In this document: piece by piece, positions 36,152-49,175 of the stretch
Position numbering within the stretch: position 1 is the stretch's first letter
How the letters are laid out: each line of letters begins with the position of its first letter
Source of the DNA: Callorhinchus milii
Lineage: Eukaryota
Assembly (NCBI RefSeq): GCF_018977255.1
Contig: NW_024704742.1
Coordinates: 110,920,001 to 110,984,000 of the forward strand
Direction: 5' to 3'
DNA length: 64,000 nucleotides
Made by a program: the position numbers and the translations under genes
Notes under the pieces: model-generated
The model's input: the letters and a program-made list of their open reading frames with translations, nothing else
The model's database searches: none
Told to the model about the DNA's origin: nothing

Positions 36152-38340
36152 TGGACTTTCAAGTAACTTTGAAGACTGTTCTTTTGCGAGGGTTTTAAAA
36201 TGCTTCACTGCACTGTTGAGGACACAAGGACTGTGTCTAGACTCAACTGTTAAGAGGAAAGCCAGTGATGCTATAGCAAAACAATGGACGGACAGAGAAA
36301 GGCTTTGCTAATCAAATCCAAACCCTGTGGCCTAGACAGAAGGCTGCTGAAGATGCCTGAAGAAACCGTTAACTTTTTCATGTGGCACATGAGAGAAGCA
36401 GCCAAAGCAGAGAATGGCCTCAATGTGTCAAGACGTTCACACCATTCTACTGGGGGAATCTCATCCCCCTTTAATCTGAAATTTGCACATATTATTCAGT
36501 GCTTGTGTTGCGCTTCATATTCCATTCAGTCTCTACAGCTATTTTATTTTTGTTGTGGTGGATTGCAGGCCCCAGGCTTCAAACTGGTGATAGTGTCTGA
36601 GGTCTGCATAGTTAAACGATCAAGTCAGCAGTGTACGATAAAACTGACAAAATGCACTGATGTTACACAGCCTGGACTGTACCTGCTTTGCACGTGCTCA
36701 GTATTGTCTTCTCAGGCTGGCCTTGCAACACTGACCTTCAGCTCAGACCTAATTGTGGCTTCTTTTAAAACATCAAATGCCTTCAAGCCAATATTTGTTG
36801 CTGTTTGTTCTTTTGCAGCCCTATTGTAGTAGAATAGCAGCAGATCAAAAACCTGGAATGAAGCTACAGGGAAGAGTGGTTTCATTTCAATGTTTCGAGA
36901 CTGTGCATTTTGTTGTTTGGTCTTTCTTGCCTTTCTACTATGAAAACCGAGTAGCTTTGTGTTTCAGACCTGCCTAAAACACTCAATCTCAGGTGAAATT
37001 GTCACTTGCCAAACTGTTGGTATTCTTTCCTTTTTTTTTATTGCACTGTTATAAAATGAGGGTTGCTCGCAAAATTCAGATGGACTTAGAATTCCCTTTT
37101 TTATTCCTTGCTCTTCCCCCACTCCCATCCCCTCAATCCTTATATTTTGACTGTAAAATTCAACTTGGCATTAATGAGGCATTATTTGTGTATTTGTATT
37201 TTGATGTCTTTGGTGACTCTATTTTAACTTGTTCTTTGTGAACTGGGCCAAAAGTGGTTGGCAGATTCCCACAAAAGAAATTAGCAGTTTCAGAAATTTG
37301 TAAAGAGTCAAAAAGGGCTTAAAGATTTTGTTCCATACTGGGCGTTTACCTGTTTCACCGAGGTCAGTGCTCGCAGGACCAGTAACAAGCTTTTCTGTCG
37401 TGAAACCGAGCCAAACTCTTCCAGTCAAATCAGTCACACGACTGAGTACAAGTGGTCTTATTCCACGAGTGGCCTTTATTTTTTTTAAAGAATACAAATT
37501 TGACTGAAGTCTGCTATTCTATAGTGGCAAATGTGCAGCACAAAAATGGAATAGTTACACAGGAGGGTTTGACTTTATCCGCTTCGTGCCCTGTTTTGTG
37601 TTCTGTTACGTTGTGGAATCCAAAAGGTCATTTTGAAGTTCCGTAGCATTTTTGCGAGTGCTCTTGATTTACAAAACTTTTTTGGGGTCGTTGGCATAAT
37701 GGGGCATTTGGTGTTTCCAGTTGGGCAAACCCCTCTCCACTTCCCCCCTTTTTTCTGTTTTTGTTTCCAAGAAAACTAGGGATCAACAATTACTCACGTC
37801 TGCAGCAGGTGAGAAAACTAATTCAGTTCTATATAAAAATACAGATCTATAAAAAAGGGATCGATCAATATTGCTGTTCTGCACTCTTCATCAGCCAAAG
37901 ATGGCTGGTCAATACTAATGACGGCTCTGTTTTTCTTTTGCTTTTCAAATCTTGAGTTCTGTTTATTGAATGAAGTTCTCAGTACAGCAGATATAAATGT
38001 ATAAGCTGAGACTCGACTGGTATGGCAACATTTTTTTAAAAAAAACACAAATATTGGTCGGTCCCTAATTTAAAAAAAAGGACTTTGTCCAGTATTTTCC
38101 TGATTTAAAAATTAGGAACAAAATTTTTTTTAAAAAATCCAAAATGTTCTAGAAACCAAGTGCAATATTTAATGTTTTTTGTAGTTTTTTTTTCCTGACT
38201 GTACAGAATTTTTTTAGTTGGTGCTGTAATTATATTTGTAGATTTTGTTAAGGAGACAAAGATCTATGTTCTGTATGGTTTAATTTTTGTTTTAGCTCTT
38301 CGTGTAAAATTAAAATGTTTTGCTATTGAGTTATGGATCT
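36152..38340 (+). other. ARRDC3: Probable ARRDC3 3' UTR (~2.2 kb)
   Basis: Repeat-free AU-rich stretch after the stop, ending near an ATTAAA; transposon density resumes at ~38444. The 3' end is inferred. Confidence 0.7.
38309..38314 (+). terminator. Candidate polyadenylation signal ATTAAA
   Basis: Preceded by several TGTA motifs and U-rich tracts, followed by T/GT-rich sequence. Confidence 0.55.
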
Positions 38341-38443
38341 TTACTGCATTTTTTGTTCTGACAATTAGACTTACATTTGATTATAATGGTAAACCAATAT
38401 ATTTTNAAAAAAGTCTTGGTTTCACACTGTCAGTAAAGAATAG

Positions 38444-38800
38444 TAATAATAATCTTTGCATTTGATATAGCACCTTATCACATCTTCGCGACCTCTCGAA
38501 GCGCTTCACAGAATATACTGTGAAGTGAATTAACTGTATTTTGTGGACAAAATGCAGCAGCCAATTGCGCACAGCAGTATCCCACATGGTCATGGATTGA
38601 AGTGGCCAATTTATTATTTTGTTTGAAGATATTATTACCACCGGAAAAGCGATCAGCCAGTCGACTAACTGGGTGCCTACTTACTGCTAGGTAAACAGGC
38701 ATGTGGAGTAAGGAAACTTGCCCAACATTTAGCCCTGCCGGGAATTAAACCCAGGTCTTGCTTGAGGCGAGCGCTCTGACTACTGAGCTACAGGACTCCC
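38444..38800 (-). mobile_element. Older, longer variant of the SINE
   Basis: Same head and tail plus extra segment 38638-38697. Confidence 0.9.
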
Positions 38801-39321
38801 AAGAAAACTTGGATCATTCTTTTGGCTGATTTTTTTTTTCTCCTGCTTAAAGGTTAACTCTATGTAGTTATTCATCTGCAGAATTTGTGGTACTGCAGTA
38901 ATGTTTGGAAGTTAGCACAGTCTTTGGGCTGAAATAACTTGACACTTCGCATATGCAACTGCAGAGGCTGGGAGCAAACCAGAAACATGGTGTGTCAATG
39001 TGACCTTTGTCAGCTTCTTGGCATCTTCTCTGACTTCCGATGCTATATCAAGGCCTCATAAGGTTAGCTTTGATGCTTACACAGTGTTGTCTGTGGACTT
39101 CCTATTTATGGTCGTTTTAAACTTCTACATCACTGGTTTCTTCCAAAGACTGGTGGAACATAGGAGGCAGACACTTTGTTGTCCATTGAACAGATCACCA
39201 AGCAGTTGTATCTGAACACCAGTTGGGAGATCAAGTTTGAATTAATTCAATCAGAACAATTTGACAGAAATTATTTTTTATAATCTTTTTTTCCAAGTGT
39301 TCAGTGATTGTATACACACTG

Positions 39322-39404
39322 GCTGAGACTCAACTGGTATGGTAACATCAAAAGAAACAAATATTGATCAGTCCCTAACTTTAAAAAAAAAGGACTTTGT
39401 CCAG
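39322..39404 (+). repeat. Diverged duplicate of the 3' UTR segment 38005-38092
   Basis: gctgagactc(g/a)actggtatgg(c/t)aacat...aaatattg(g/a)tc(g/a)gtccctaa...aaaggactttgtccag at both places. Confidence 0.9.
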
Positions 39405-40139
39405 GAGAATTCCATCCACTGCGCTGCATCCATATGTCCATTGTCAAACATGAACAGGAAAGGCTTCTACAATCTGAATATACAGGTTACAATTTACACA
39501 GCTTCCCAAAGGCCACAACTTGCATGTTTTTTGCTGGTATCCGATGGTGACTGAAAAGAATGTCCTAAAGAAAAGAACAAAACAAGTGGAATTCTTATGC
39601 AGATCCCATTAGTAATATCTATTATTGACAAAGCCTGAGACAGAATCAAAAAGCACAACCCATATGCCTGTCTATTGTGTCAAGAACATCTTGCACATGT
39701 ATATAGCCCTGATGCCGATTGTGTCTGGGATTCAGGGGGAAAAGTATTAGCTCAGCCGAAGTGAATTGCCCTTTGAAGGGACCACCAGCAGTTGTTTTTC
39801 TTCATGCAGCATTTTTGCTTCTGCTGAATGAATAAATCCAAGTAAATATGGACTTTCCTGACATTCATGAGGCAAGATCCTCATCCCATCCTTGGGTTCA
39901 ATCCCTGGTCAATCAAAGGAGCCATTTTGTACATGCTACTAATTTGATAGCAGGCACCCAGGTCAACAAAAGCATAATAGTGCAATAATTATTAAATATT
40001 GCGCCCATGTGCTCTTTTTCAAATGGTTGTACTGTTTCTGTACCTGCAGTAATGACCTTTTGGTAAGCCTGAGCCAGGCTGACAATGATGAAATTCGCTT
40101 AACTCTTTCAGAATGAATCCACTTGATTTCAGCTTGTCA

Positions 40140-40970
40140 TCCATAGCCACAGATAAACTTCCACATGTTTACAGATGACACAAATCTACTTTGCCTCCAG
40201 TATTGACTCCAGGTCTGCCGATGTTCTGTCAGCTTGTCTTGGCTCAGACTCATCGAATCAGTACGCAATCTAGGAGTCTGGTTTGACCCCCAGCTGTCCT
40301 TCTTCCCGCACATCTTCTCCCTGACCAGGACTGCCTTTATCCACCTCTGCCACATTGCCCACCTCTGATACCTTACCCCAAATGCAGCCAAAACCCTTGT
40401 GCATGTGCTTGTCACCTTCCGCCTGGATTACTCAAACGCACTCCTCACCGATCTCCCCAGCTCCATTATTCAAAAAATCCAGCTCATTCAAAACTCTGCC
40501 ATCCACATACTGACCTGGACCAAACTCCATACCCACATCTCACCAGTTCTGGCCAGGCTCCACTGGCTCCCCATCAACAAATGGATCGACTTCAAGATCC
40601 TCACACTCGTATTCAAATCCCTTCACTCCCTGGTACCTCCCTACCTCTCCAACCTCCTCATTCCCCAGTCCACCACTCGGCACCTCTGCTTGACTGGAAC
40701 TGGGTGCATCCTGCTCGTCCCTCACACCCTCTGCTTCACCATTGGAGGTCGCGCTTTCAGCCTCTATGCCCCAAACTCTGTAACACTCTCCCTCAATCCC
40801 TCCACCTTGCCCCCTCTTTCAAGTCTCGCCTGAAAATTTTCCTCTTCGACTGTGCTTATGGCCACCTCCCCCGCCCCCTCCCCATGGCTCAAAGTCAGGC
40901 TCTGCCACTGTTAAGCGCTCTGAGACGCTACCCTGTACGGAGAGCGCTATATAAGTGCAAGTCATTGTTA
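40140..40970 (+). mobile_element. L2 fragment, second subfamily with a different tail
   Basis: FTDDT, RLDYSNALL, LHWLPINKWIDFKIL; tail aagcgctctgagacgctaccctgtacggagagcgct. Confidence 0.9.
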
Positions 40971-43900
40971 TATTCTTTCAGGCAGGATTGCTCAGTCAAA
41001 CTGATGTGTTTCATGCTAAATCTAACGGAATCAGAGATTGCAACATTTAGTTATGTTACGTATTTAGCCATTGCTTGTTTAGATTAACCTAAGCCAACAC
41101 CATTGACCTATTTTCTAGAACTTGAAAAAAAAACTAAAGAGCTGCCTGTGGTCATTTGAGCATTTCCACGGTTAATATCAAGTCAACAAAATTTACTTTT
41201 TATGTGTTGAGAATTGATAAACTAAGTGTTAAAGTGATGTAAGTGCCTGTTGGTAAGTTTGTCTGAAAGTCAATTCTGTCCAAGGAGTACAAAATCATAC
41301 AATCATAAAATCTTACAGCACAGAAGGAGGACATCGTGCTTGTGCCGGCTTCTTGAAAGAGTTCCAACTCGTCCCACTCGCCCACTCTTACCTCATATCC
41401 CAGCAAAATCATTTCCTTCATCCTTTTTGTTTTTCATTGTCATAAATACCCCCACAAAGAGGCTTAGGTCACTAATTCCCTGAAACCTTACCACAATCAT
41501 TAAAACAGTACAGTAAAGGCTGAATAAATCTCAACTATAGTATTTAAGGATTGTTTTGACAAAGCCTTCAATAATACCCAATTCGACAACTACCTGATTT
41601 AAAATTAGCTTAAGATTTTTTTATTCCTATCACTGAGAAGGTTTACTATAGACTGTTGTCTTCATTAAATATACTTTTTTTTAATTTGAAAGATTTCCTG
41701 CCTTTTGGAATACTTCAGCAGACATAATTTATGTAATGTGGGAGGATGGCGTTAGCCCAGTTCAGTTGGAAGATCTCTGGTCTCAGAATCATGATGGGAC
41801 GTCCTCCTGATGTGAAAGGCACTCTATAAATGTAATTTTGTTGTTGTTGTATTTTGTTGTTGTGGGTTCAAGCCCCATGTTAGGACTTTAAACTTGTAAT
41901 CAAGGATGAACGTGTGCTCCATTGTTGCCGGTGCTGTCCTTTGGATGCGATGTTAAACTGGGGTCCTGTCTGCTTTTCAGGCAGTGCTAAAGATCCCATG
42001 GCATAAAGCAGAGAAGGGAGTTCCTCCTTGATGTAGTGACTGTGTGTTTTGTAGATGAACACGTCAGCCAATTTATGCACAACATTGTCCCAAATTCACG
42101 GTGAATGACAAACATTGAGGCAGATAGGACCTCAACTTAAATTCTCATTTGAAGGATGCACTTTCGGTGATGCAGATCTCCCTTCCTTCCAGTATTGCAA
42201 AAGAGTGTTCGCCTGGGTCACAAGCTCAAGTCTTGATATGGAACCTGCAATCATCTGATCCAGAGCCAAGGTACTCCTAACTTAACCAGGCTGGTAGCTA
42301 AAGCAGGTAAATTATATTTTAGAATGACTCTACTGGACCTATTGTGCTTGTATTTTAGTTTCCTCCTGCATAATCCAACTTTCCACAATGGAATGATTAA
42401 GTCTGGAGTTTGTCATGTGGAGAGCAGACCCACATCATATCAGTTCACAATGTAGTGTGAACATTTCTCAAGCACAAAATGTTGGTTACCCTGACCTATT
42501 GTAGAATTAAATCTAAATTGTAGCAGAGTACAATTAACTTAGATGAAAGACTGCTTAATTATGGTGAATCCTAGCAGCTGCTTATTGCTGGAAGTTGCAG
42601 TCAACCAACATTTTAAAATATTGCTAAAGGACACGATGCATATTGTTGTAAACAATAAGTACTCCTTTTGCATCAGATTTTACCCTGGTTTCCCTGCCAA
42701 AGGGATGAAACACTTTAATTATTGTTTCAGACTATCTTTAAACATGAATATTAGCCAGATTATAACCAGATTAAGGATCCATACATCAGAGATATTTAAT
42801 ATTGAACCAGATCATTCCTGAACAGCACAATGGACCAATTTTAAAAGTTGCTGTGATATCTTAGAATTGTGCCTATTGATTATTCACTTTAAAATTACTT
42901 CACATTTTTCACTTAATTTAATTCAAGACAACTTTAGGTTTAATTTAACTAACTTTTCTGTCGGGTGATGTTCAATTTGAAATTCTTGCTTTAACATGAC
43001 AATCTGCAACTGCTTTGTTAGGTTCTAGATATAATTGCAACAACAGCCTTCATTTATATAGGATAATGTCTTGGAGTGCAAATGTCACTCTACAGTGCTG
43101 GCTCCATGCTGCTCATGGAATTCTGCCTGAATGGATTGCCCATCTAATTAAAGCTGTCATGCTCCACAGTCTTCACAAAATCACTCCTCTCAAATTGTTT
43201 TTGTTTAGATAGGTAGATGGTGGAAACCTACCATCACGCTCAAACCAGACAGAGAGATCCATACTACACATGGAAATTCAAGTGCCTGGAATACACTATT
43301 TCCCTAGTGGGACACACCCTCTCTATCTAATGTCAGGTAATCTCAGAGAGTATTCACAACAGTTTGGAAAGAGCCAAGGGTTGGGGACCCCAAAGTGTGC
43401 ATTGGAATACCGCTGGAGTTGAATAAGATAGATCACATAACTTGCATTGAAAGTACTGTCGGGCAAGTACTTCTTGCTGCTTATCCAGCTAGGATCACTG
43501 ATAGGGCTTTAGCTTGAATGGTTAATAGGAGCTGAGTGGGAAGAATCTGTGTGCACAGCCTACCTCCCCAAGTCTTATTAAGCAGCTGTTATCCTATGTA
43601 CCAGAGTTTCCTGATTCGTTTCCATGACAGGCATCTATTAGCCTTTAGAGAAGTGGGAGGACCTTCATTTTGTGCCAGCAACATTGATTATCTAGAGGTT
43701 CAAGTCCAATGATATGTATCAGGCTTACTCAGAACCAACTGTTTAATCCAGATCCTCTAGTGCAGGGCTTTGGCAAATAGCCATGAGGCTGACTCAGTCT
43801 CCAGGGTGCTCAATAACAGGTCAGTGTAGGCCAGAATTCTCCTTCAGTGCAGCCAATTGGGGTACCCACCATCATGTCCCACTGAGTAGCCCAATTCCCC

Positions 43901-44389
43901 CTTCTATCAAGCTATAGGCAGGAGGAAAGCGAGTTAAAATTATTCCTACTGCCAATTATTCAGTTTCAGAATATGTAGATCACATTATTACACTATTGTT
44001 CTTTGTCGCTATAAATGTCAGCAATCAGAAGCCAGTTCTGAAGAACTGGAGGAAACCAGGATGTTTCAATTTTTATTTTGCCCATATCAGACTGCATGAT
44101 TATTTGGTCACCCATTTGACACACAGAAACTGCACTTTACAGTAATATCCTGTGAAGCTCTTTGGGATGTCCTCCCGCTGTGAAAAACGCTATACCAAAT
44201 GTTAGGATCATTATATTATTAAAACATCAGTTGTCACAATGTTTTAAAATTGTACAGAAAAGCTGTAAGCTATGACAACAAACAACAACAAATTGCATTT
44301 GTAAAGCAATCTTTCATGTTGGGAGGACGTCCCAAGGCGCTATAGTATCTTACCTAATGAAAATTAACTCCAATACATTGTTGGGGGAG

Positions 44390-44730
44390 CTCTGCATTGT
44401 CGGAGGCACCATCCTTCAAATGAGGCTTCAAATCAAGGTCCTGTTTGTCTGTTCAGTTGGATGTTAAAGATTTTCTAGCATTATTTGGAAAAAGAAGGGA
44501 ATTTCTCCCAGTCTCCTGGCCTACAGTTTCCTGGCCTACAATACCCTAGATAAAATTGGTCATTCAATTCATGGATATTTGTGGGGTATTGCTATATGCA
44601 AATTGGCTGCTGTGTTATGTATAAATACACAATCACTGAACTTCACAGTAAATCCTGTGAACCACTTTGAGCCATCCTTTCAATGATGTGATAAGGCACT
44701 GTATCAAATGCAAGGAATATTATTATTATC
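44390..44730 (+). mobile_element. Older DeuSINE-like element
   Basis: Homologous to 13585-13880. Confidence 0.75.
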
Positions 44731-46104
44731 ATTTACCTCATGCCATTACTAACAGACTGGCATGGCTCAAACACTTTATAACAGGTAAAATTTTCTACCT
44801 TGTGACGATTTGTAAAACAACAACTGTTTTAATACAATTTGATCATGCATTAAAAAATGGAAATTTTAAAATATCATCTTTTTTGGCATCTGGATTCAAA
44901 GAAGTTCATGAATCTTGATTTCTATCTTCAAATGCAGCTGCATTGTTGCCCCAGGGAGAAGGAAGTTTAAGTAGGCTGCCCAAATTTGGAAAACTAGAAT
45001 AATGCTTATAGTGAACTGAAAAGCTTTGATCACTGTTTCAGGTCACCTAAAGTTTATCTAAAAAAATGGGTTTATTTGCTCTCCAGTGTACACATCTGAC
45101 ATGCTTTTGAGCAGGAAGAGCCATGGTTTGTGTACTCTCCATGTTACTAAATGTTTTTTGGCTTCAGAAGGATATATCAAATTTAAGTTGAAAGTTAAGG
45201 CTGTTAAGGTGGAATGGCATAATTGTAGACTAACACTGTGTGCTGCAGATTGTTAGCACAGGATGAGGCCAGATGTGGCATGGTTATACATCATTAACAT
45301 TGTTTATTTGCTCTCCAGTTTTTTCTCCTTTTTTTCCCCCCCAAAAAACCTGGGTATTTTTCTATTATGGCTGCTGCACTTACCTACAAAATACAGTCAC
45401 TACACTTGACAATAAATCTGATAAAGCATTTTATGATGTCCCAGTTTAAAACTTGGTATATCAAATGCAAGGGTATTGTTATTTCTTTCAGCTACTGTAA
45501 TGACCTAGTGGATAAGGCAACACGAGCCATATAGAGCAAAAAATTACAGGTTGGTTTGGAATTTGTGCTGATTTCAACTAGGACGACAATTGGGGAATGC
45601 AACTGGCCATAATGTTCCTTCGTCACGAATGACAAACTCTCCCATTCCCACTGCTGTATCTAGAAAGCCCTCTTGGAAGTTATGCATGTGTGAGTGTTGG
45701 GCTTGGCTATTACGCCCTTGCAGTCAAAGGCTTACCAACACTCGCTGTCAAAGGTTAAACATGAATAAAAGTCATTTGGGCGAGGTATGGGAAGACACGC
45801 AATTCTTGTGAAACTAGGCCCTCGTAAATCAAACGCCTTTAGGAGAGGGAGAGGAGAGAAAAATTGGCATAACAAAAGTGGATTTAATGAAAATTAGAAT
45901 TTACTTCAATCAATCTTGGTTGAGATATATATTTTTAGAGGGATTATACTGGCTCAGACCCTATGTAGCTTAAAATTCCACTCACATTGAGAGAATAATT
46001 GATTTTGTTGCCCACACCCAAAAGGTGTGTCTCACATCAGATTGACCTACCATGCAAGCATGTATATCCACAGGTGGCACCTTCCAAGCATGAAGGTGGT
46101 CTGG

Positions 46105-46778
46105 AAACAACAACAAGATTACATTTGTATAGCGCCTTTCACGTCGAGAGGACGTCCCAAGGTGCTGGACAGTGTACAGCATTTCAGACCCGAGCTAGGG
46201 GTCAGGTGGGGAGAGAAGGGAGGAGAGGGGAAGGGGAGTGACCGATGGCATGGTCGAAGAGGAGGGTTTTGAGGCGGTACTTGAAGGAGGCTAAGGAGGG
46301 GGCGAGGCGGAATGATTGGGGGGTAGAATTCCAGAGGTTGGGCGCAAAGTGGCTGAAGGCTTTCCCGCCAATGGTGGGACAGGTGGGGTGGGGGACATGG
46401 AGCAGGCCGGAGCCGGCTGAGCGGAGGGAACGGGTGGGTTGGTAAGGGGTTAGGAGGTCACAGAGATAGGGTGGGGCGAGGCCATGGAGGGCTTTGTAGG
46501 TGAGGACCAGGATCTTGAACTGGATCCTCTGAAGGATAGGGAGCCAATGGAGTCAGGTGAGAATGGGGGAGATGGGGTCACGGAGTTTGGTGCAGGAGAG
46601 GACACGGGCTGCAGAGTTCTGGATTATCTGCAGCCTGTGGAGGGAGGAGTTGGGAAGGCCGACAAGCAGGGCGTTTGCATAGTCGAGCCTGGAGGTGATG
46701 ATGGCATGAACAAGAGTTTCAGCGGCCTGAGGGGTGAAGTAGTGGCGGAGTCGGGTGATGTTACGGAGGTGAGGGAAG
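46105..46778 (-). mobile_element. L2 3' fragment
   Basis: AAETLVHAIITSRLDYANALL..QNSAARVL; (caa)n tail. Confidence 0.92.
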
Positions 46779-47699
46779 GCAAGCGGGCTCTCGTGGTTCA
46801 TCGCTGGGATCTGCTGTCACAGCACTCAGTGCAGTATGGCCTCTTCTTGAGGACTCAGAGGTATTGATTGACCTGATGTATGTCTCCAGGATTTAGGTGT
46901 CAGCCTGACTCAGTTAGTAGGGCTCTCACTTCTGAGTCAGAAGGTTGTGGGTTCAGGCCACATGTTGGTACTTTGAACTGTTGTATTTTCCTACAAAACT
47001 GTTGTCCTCTTGATGTGAAAGGTGATATATCAAATGCAAGAATTATTGTTTTCTGGTACACGTCAAGCTTCCAGCATCTTTATATTTCCATGAATTTCTG
47101 AAGACATGGTGGACCTTTCTAAAATGTTGGCCTTTTGCATTTACTCATTATGTAGCTGGAGTGACTGACCTTTCCCCGAGTAGCTGTGAAAAAGTTACAC
47201 TGTACCTATTCTGTACCTTCACCTTTCTATGCTTTAGTTCTGACTTTCCCTTTCAAATATTGATGGGATTTTTGTCGTAGCAAAATATCCTTACCTTTGT
47301 ATTCGTATTTTCATCATTCTGGAGTGGAGTTTTACTATCTTTGCGTTTTGAAGATTTCATTGCATCAAGAACTGATACAAAGACCCTGCAAATCTAATTG
47401 TGTATTAACCTGATGCAGTAGTTGCACTCTTGCCTCTGAGTCAGAAGGTTGTGGGTTCAAGCCCTACGTCAGGTCTGGACCCTATGTGATCTATGCTGAT
47501 GCCCCAACGCAGTGCCGGTGGTGTCCTAAATTGTAGGAGGTACTGTCCTTTGGATGAAATGTTGAACAGAGGCCCCATCCATCTATTCAGGTGGGGGTTG
47601 GGGAGGGTGGGTGTGTAGTCGGGTGTCTGACACGTGATACTCATCACCAAGCTTATGAGTATGCAAACCAAATTTAAAATTCCATACATTCCACCTATA

Positions 47700-47965
47700 A
47701 TAACATCAACAACTCGCACTTATATAGTGCCCTCCGTGCAGGGTAGCGTCTCAGAGCGCTTAACAGTGGTGGAGTCTGACTCTGAGCCCGGTGGGGGGCT
47801 GGAGGAAGGTGACCGTAAGCACGGTTGAAAAGGAATGTTTTCAGGTGGGAAGAGCGGGGAGAGAGGGGGCAAGGCGGAGAGATTTAGGGAGCGTTTCCCC
47901 ACAGTTTCGGAGTGAAGTGGCTGAAAGTGCGACCTCCAATGGTGGAACGTAGGGTGCGAGAGACC
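47700..47965 (-). mobile_element. L2 3' fragment, second subfamily
   Basis: Tail is the reverse complement of 40910-40965. Confidence 0.8.
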
Positions 47966-48545
47966 AGCAGAGTAATAATTCTTTCAAAAAAAAATTGGTA
48001 ACTCAATCCATAACTGTTTGTGCGACACTACTGTGAGCAATTGGCTGCTGCGTTTCAACCACAAAATATACACTCAATTCACTTTACAGCATATTCTGTG
48101 AAGTGCTTTGAGACATCTAGAAGAAGGGCACTGTGTGGCAAGTTTTGTGGCTGCTTGTCCTACCCATTAAGGATTAACTTGCATGACTAACCAGAGCTTA
48201 GTGGGAAGAATCTCCCCAAGTGACTAGTTTACCCTTCCATCATGATGACGAACCAGGCTGGTGGTGGGCAGCCTATTGCTCTCTGTCTCCCTCCGTTTGT
48301 CTCTATCTCTGATTTTAACCAGGACCAAAGAGAACTGAAGTGGGGTTTCCAGTTCAGTTTCAAGGAGACCCCACTTACCTTACCTTCCCCTAAGGAGGCC
48401 AGTCACTAGCTGGTTTCTTTCTGAGCCTCTCTCTCTCTCTTACTCGCGCTATATCAAATGCAAGGATTATTATTATTATTATTATTATTACTCATTGACT
48501 TTCTATTGCTCTCTGTCTCCCTCTGTTTATCTCTATCTCTGACTT

Positions 48546-48749
48546 TAATAATAATCCTTGCATTTGATATAGCGCTTTTCACGTCGGGAGGACGTCCCAA
48601 AGCGCTTCACAGAACACACTGTAAAGTGAATTGACTGTATATTTGTGGGCGAACGCGGCAGCCAATTGCGCACAGCAATGTCCCACAAACAGTCGTGGAT
48701 TGAATATGACCAATTTATTATTGTTTTTGGTTTTGGAGGGATTATTATT
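48546..48749 (-). mobile_element. Young SINE 3' half
   Basis: Reverse complement of 5005-5210. Confidence 0.92.
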
Positions 48750-49034
48750 TAACCCTATAAAGTATAAAGAACTTGCACTGGAATTCTGGCAAAATAAAAA
48801 TCCAGCAGTGCACACATGAGAAAGGTGACAAGAAATGTGATTAATATTTCCTTAGTGACCTCTCGTAGACACATGCAACTTTGTACATGCACTCATTGAA
48901 TTATTATTGAGAATATCTCACTTCCTCTTGTCCAGTTCTGTATTGGAGCTCAATGGGGATAAATGGACATGTAAATAATTGATGTATGGATAGAAACATA
49001 GTAGGCTGTTCAGTCTACATAGTAAGGAGTAATC

Positions 49035-49175
49035 TATTCAGCACCTCAAGCCTGTTCCACCATTTTATAAGATCATGGCTGATCTGTACCTCAAGTCCAG
49101 TTACCTGCCCTTGTCCCATATCCCTTAATACCGTGACCTAATGAATATCTATCTACCTCTGTCTTGAAAATGTAA
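49035..49175 (-). mobile_element. CR1 3'-end fragment
   Basis: Close match to 7880-8010 (agcctgttcc..ataagatcatggctgatctgtacctcaagtcca). Confidence 0.75.

Noticed and set aside
36284..36829. 181-codon ATG ORF in the 3' UTR
   Set aside because: No recognisable domain. A rough estimate ((61/64)^181 x ~6000 stop-to-stop intervals) gives about one ORF this long by chance in the window. Ribosome profiling would be needed to revive it.
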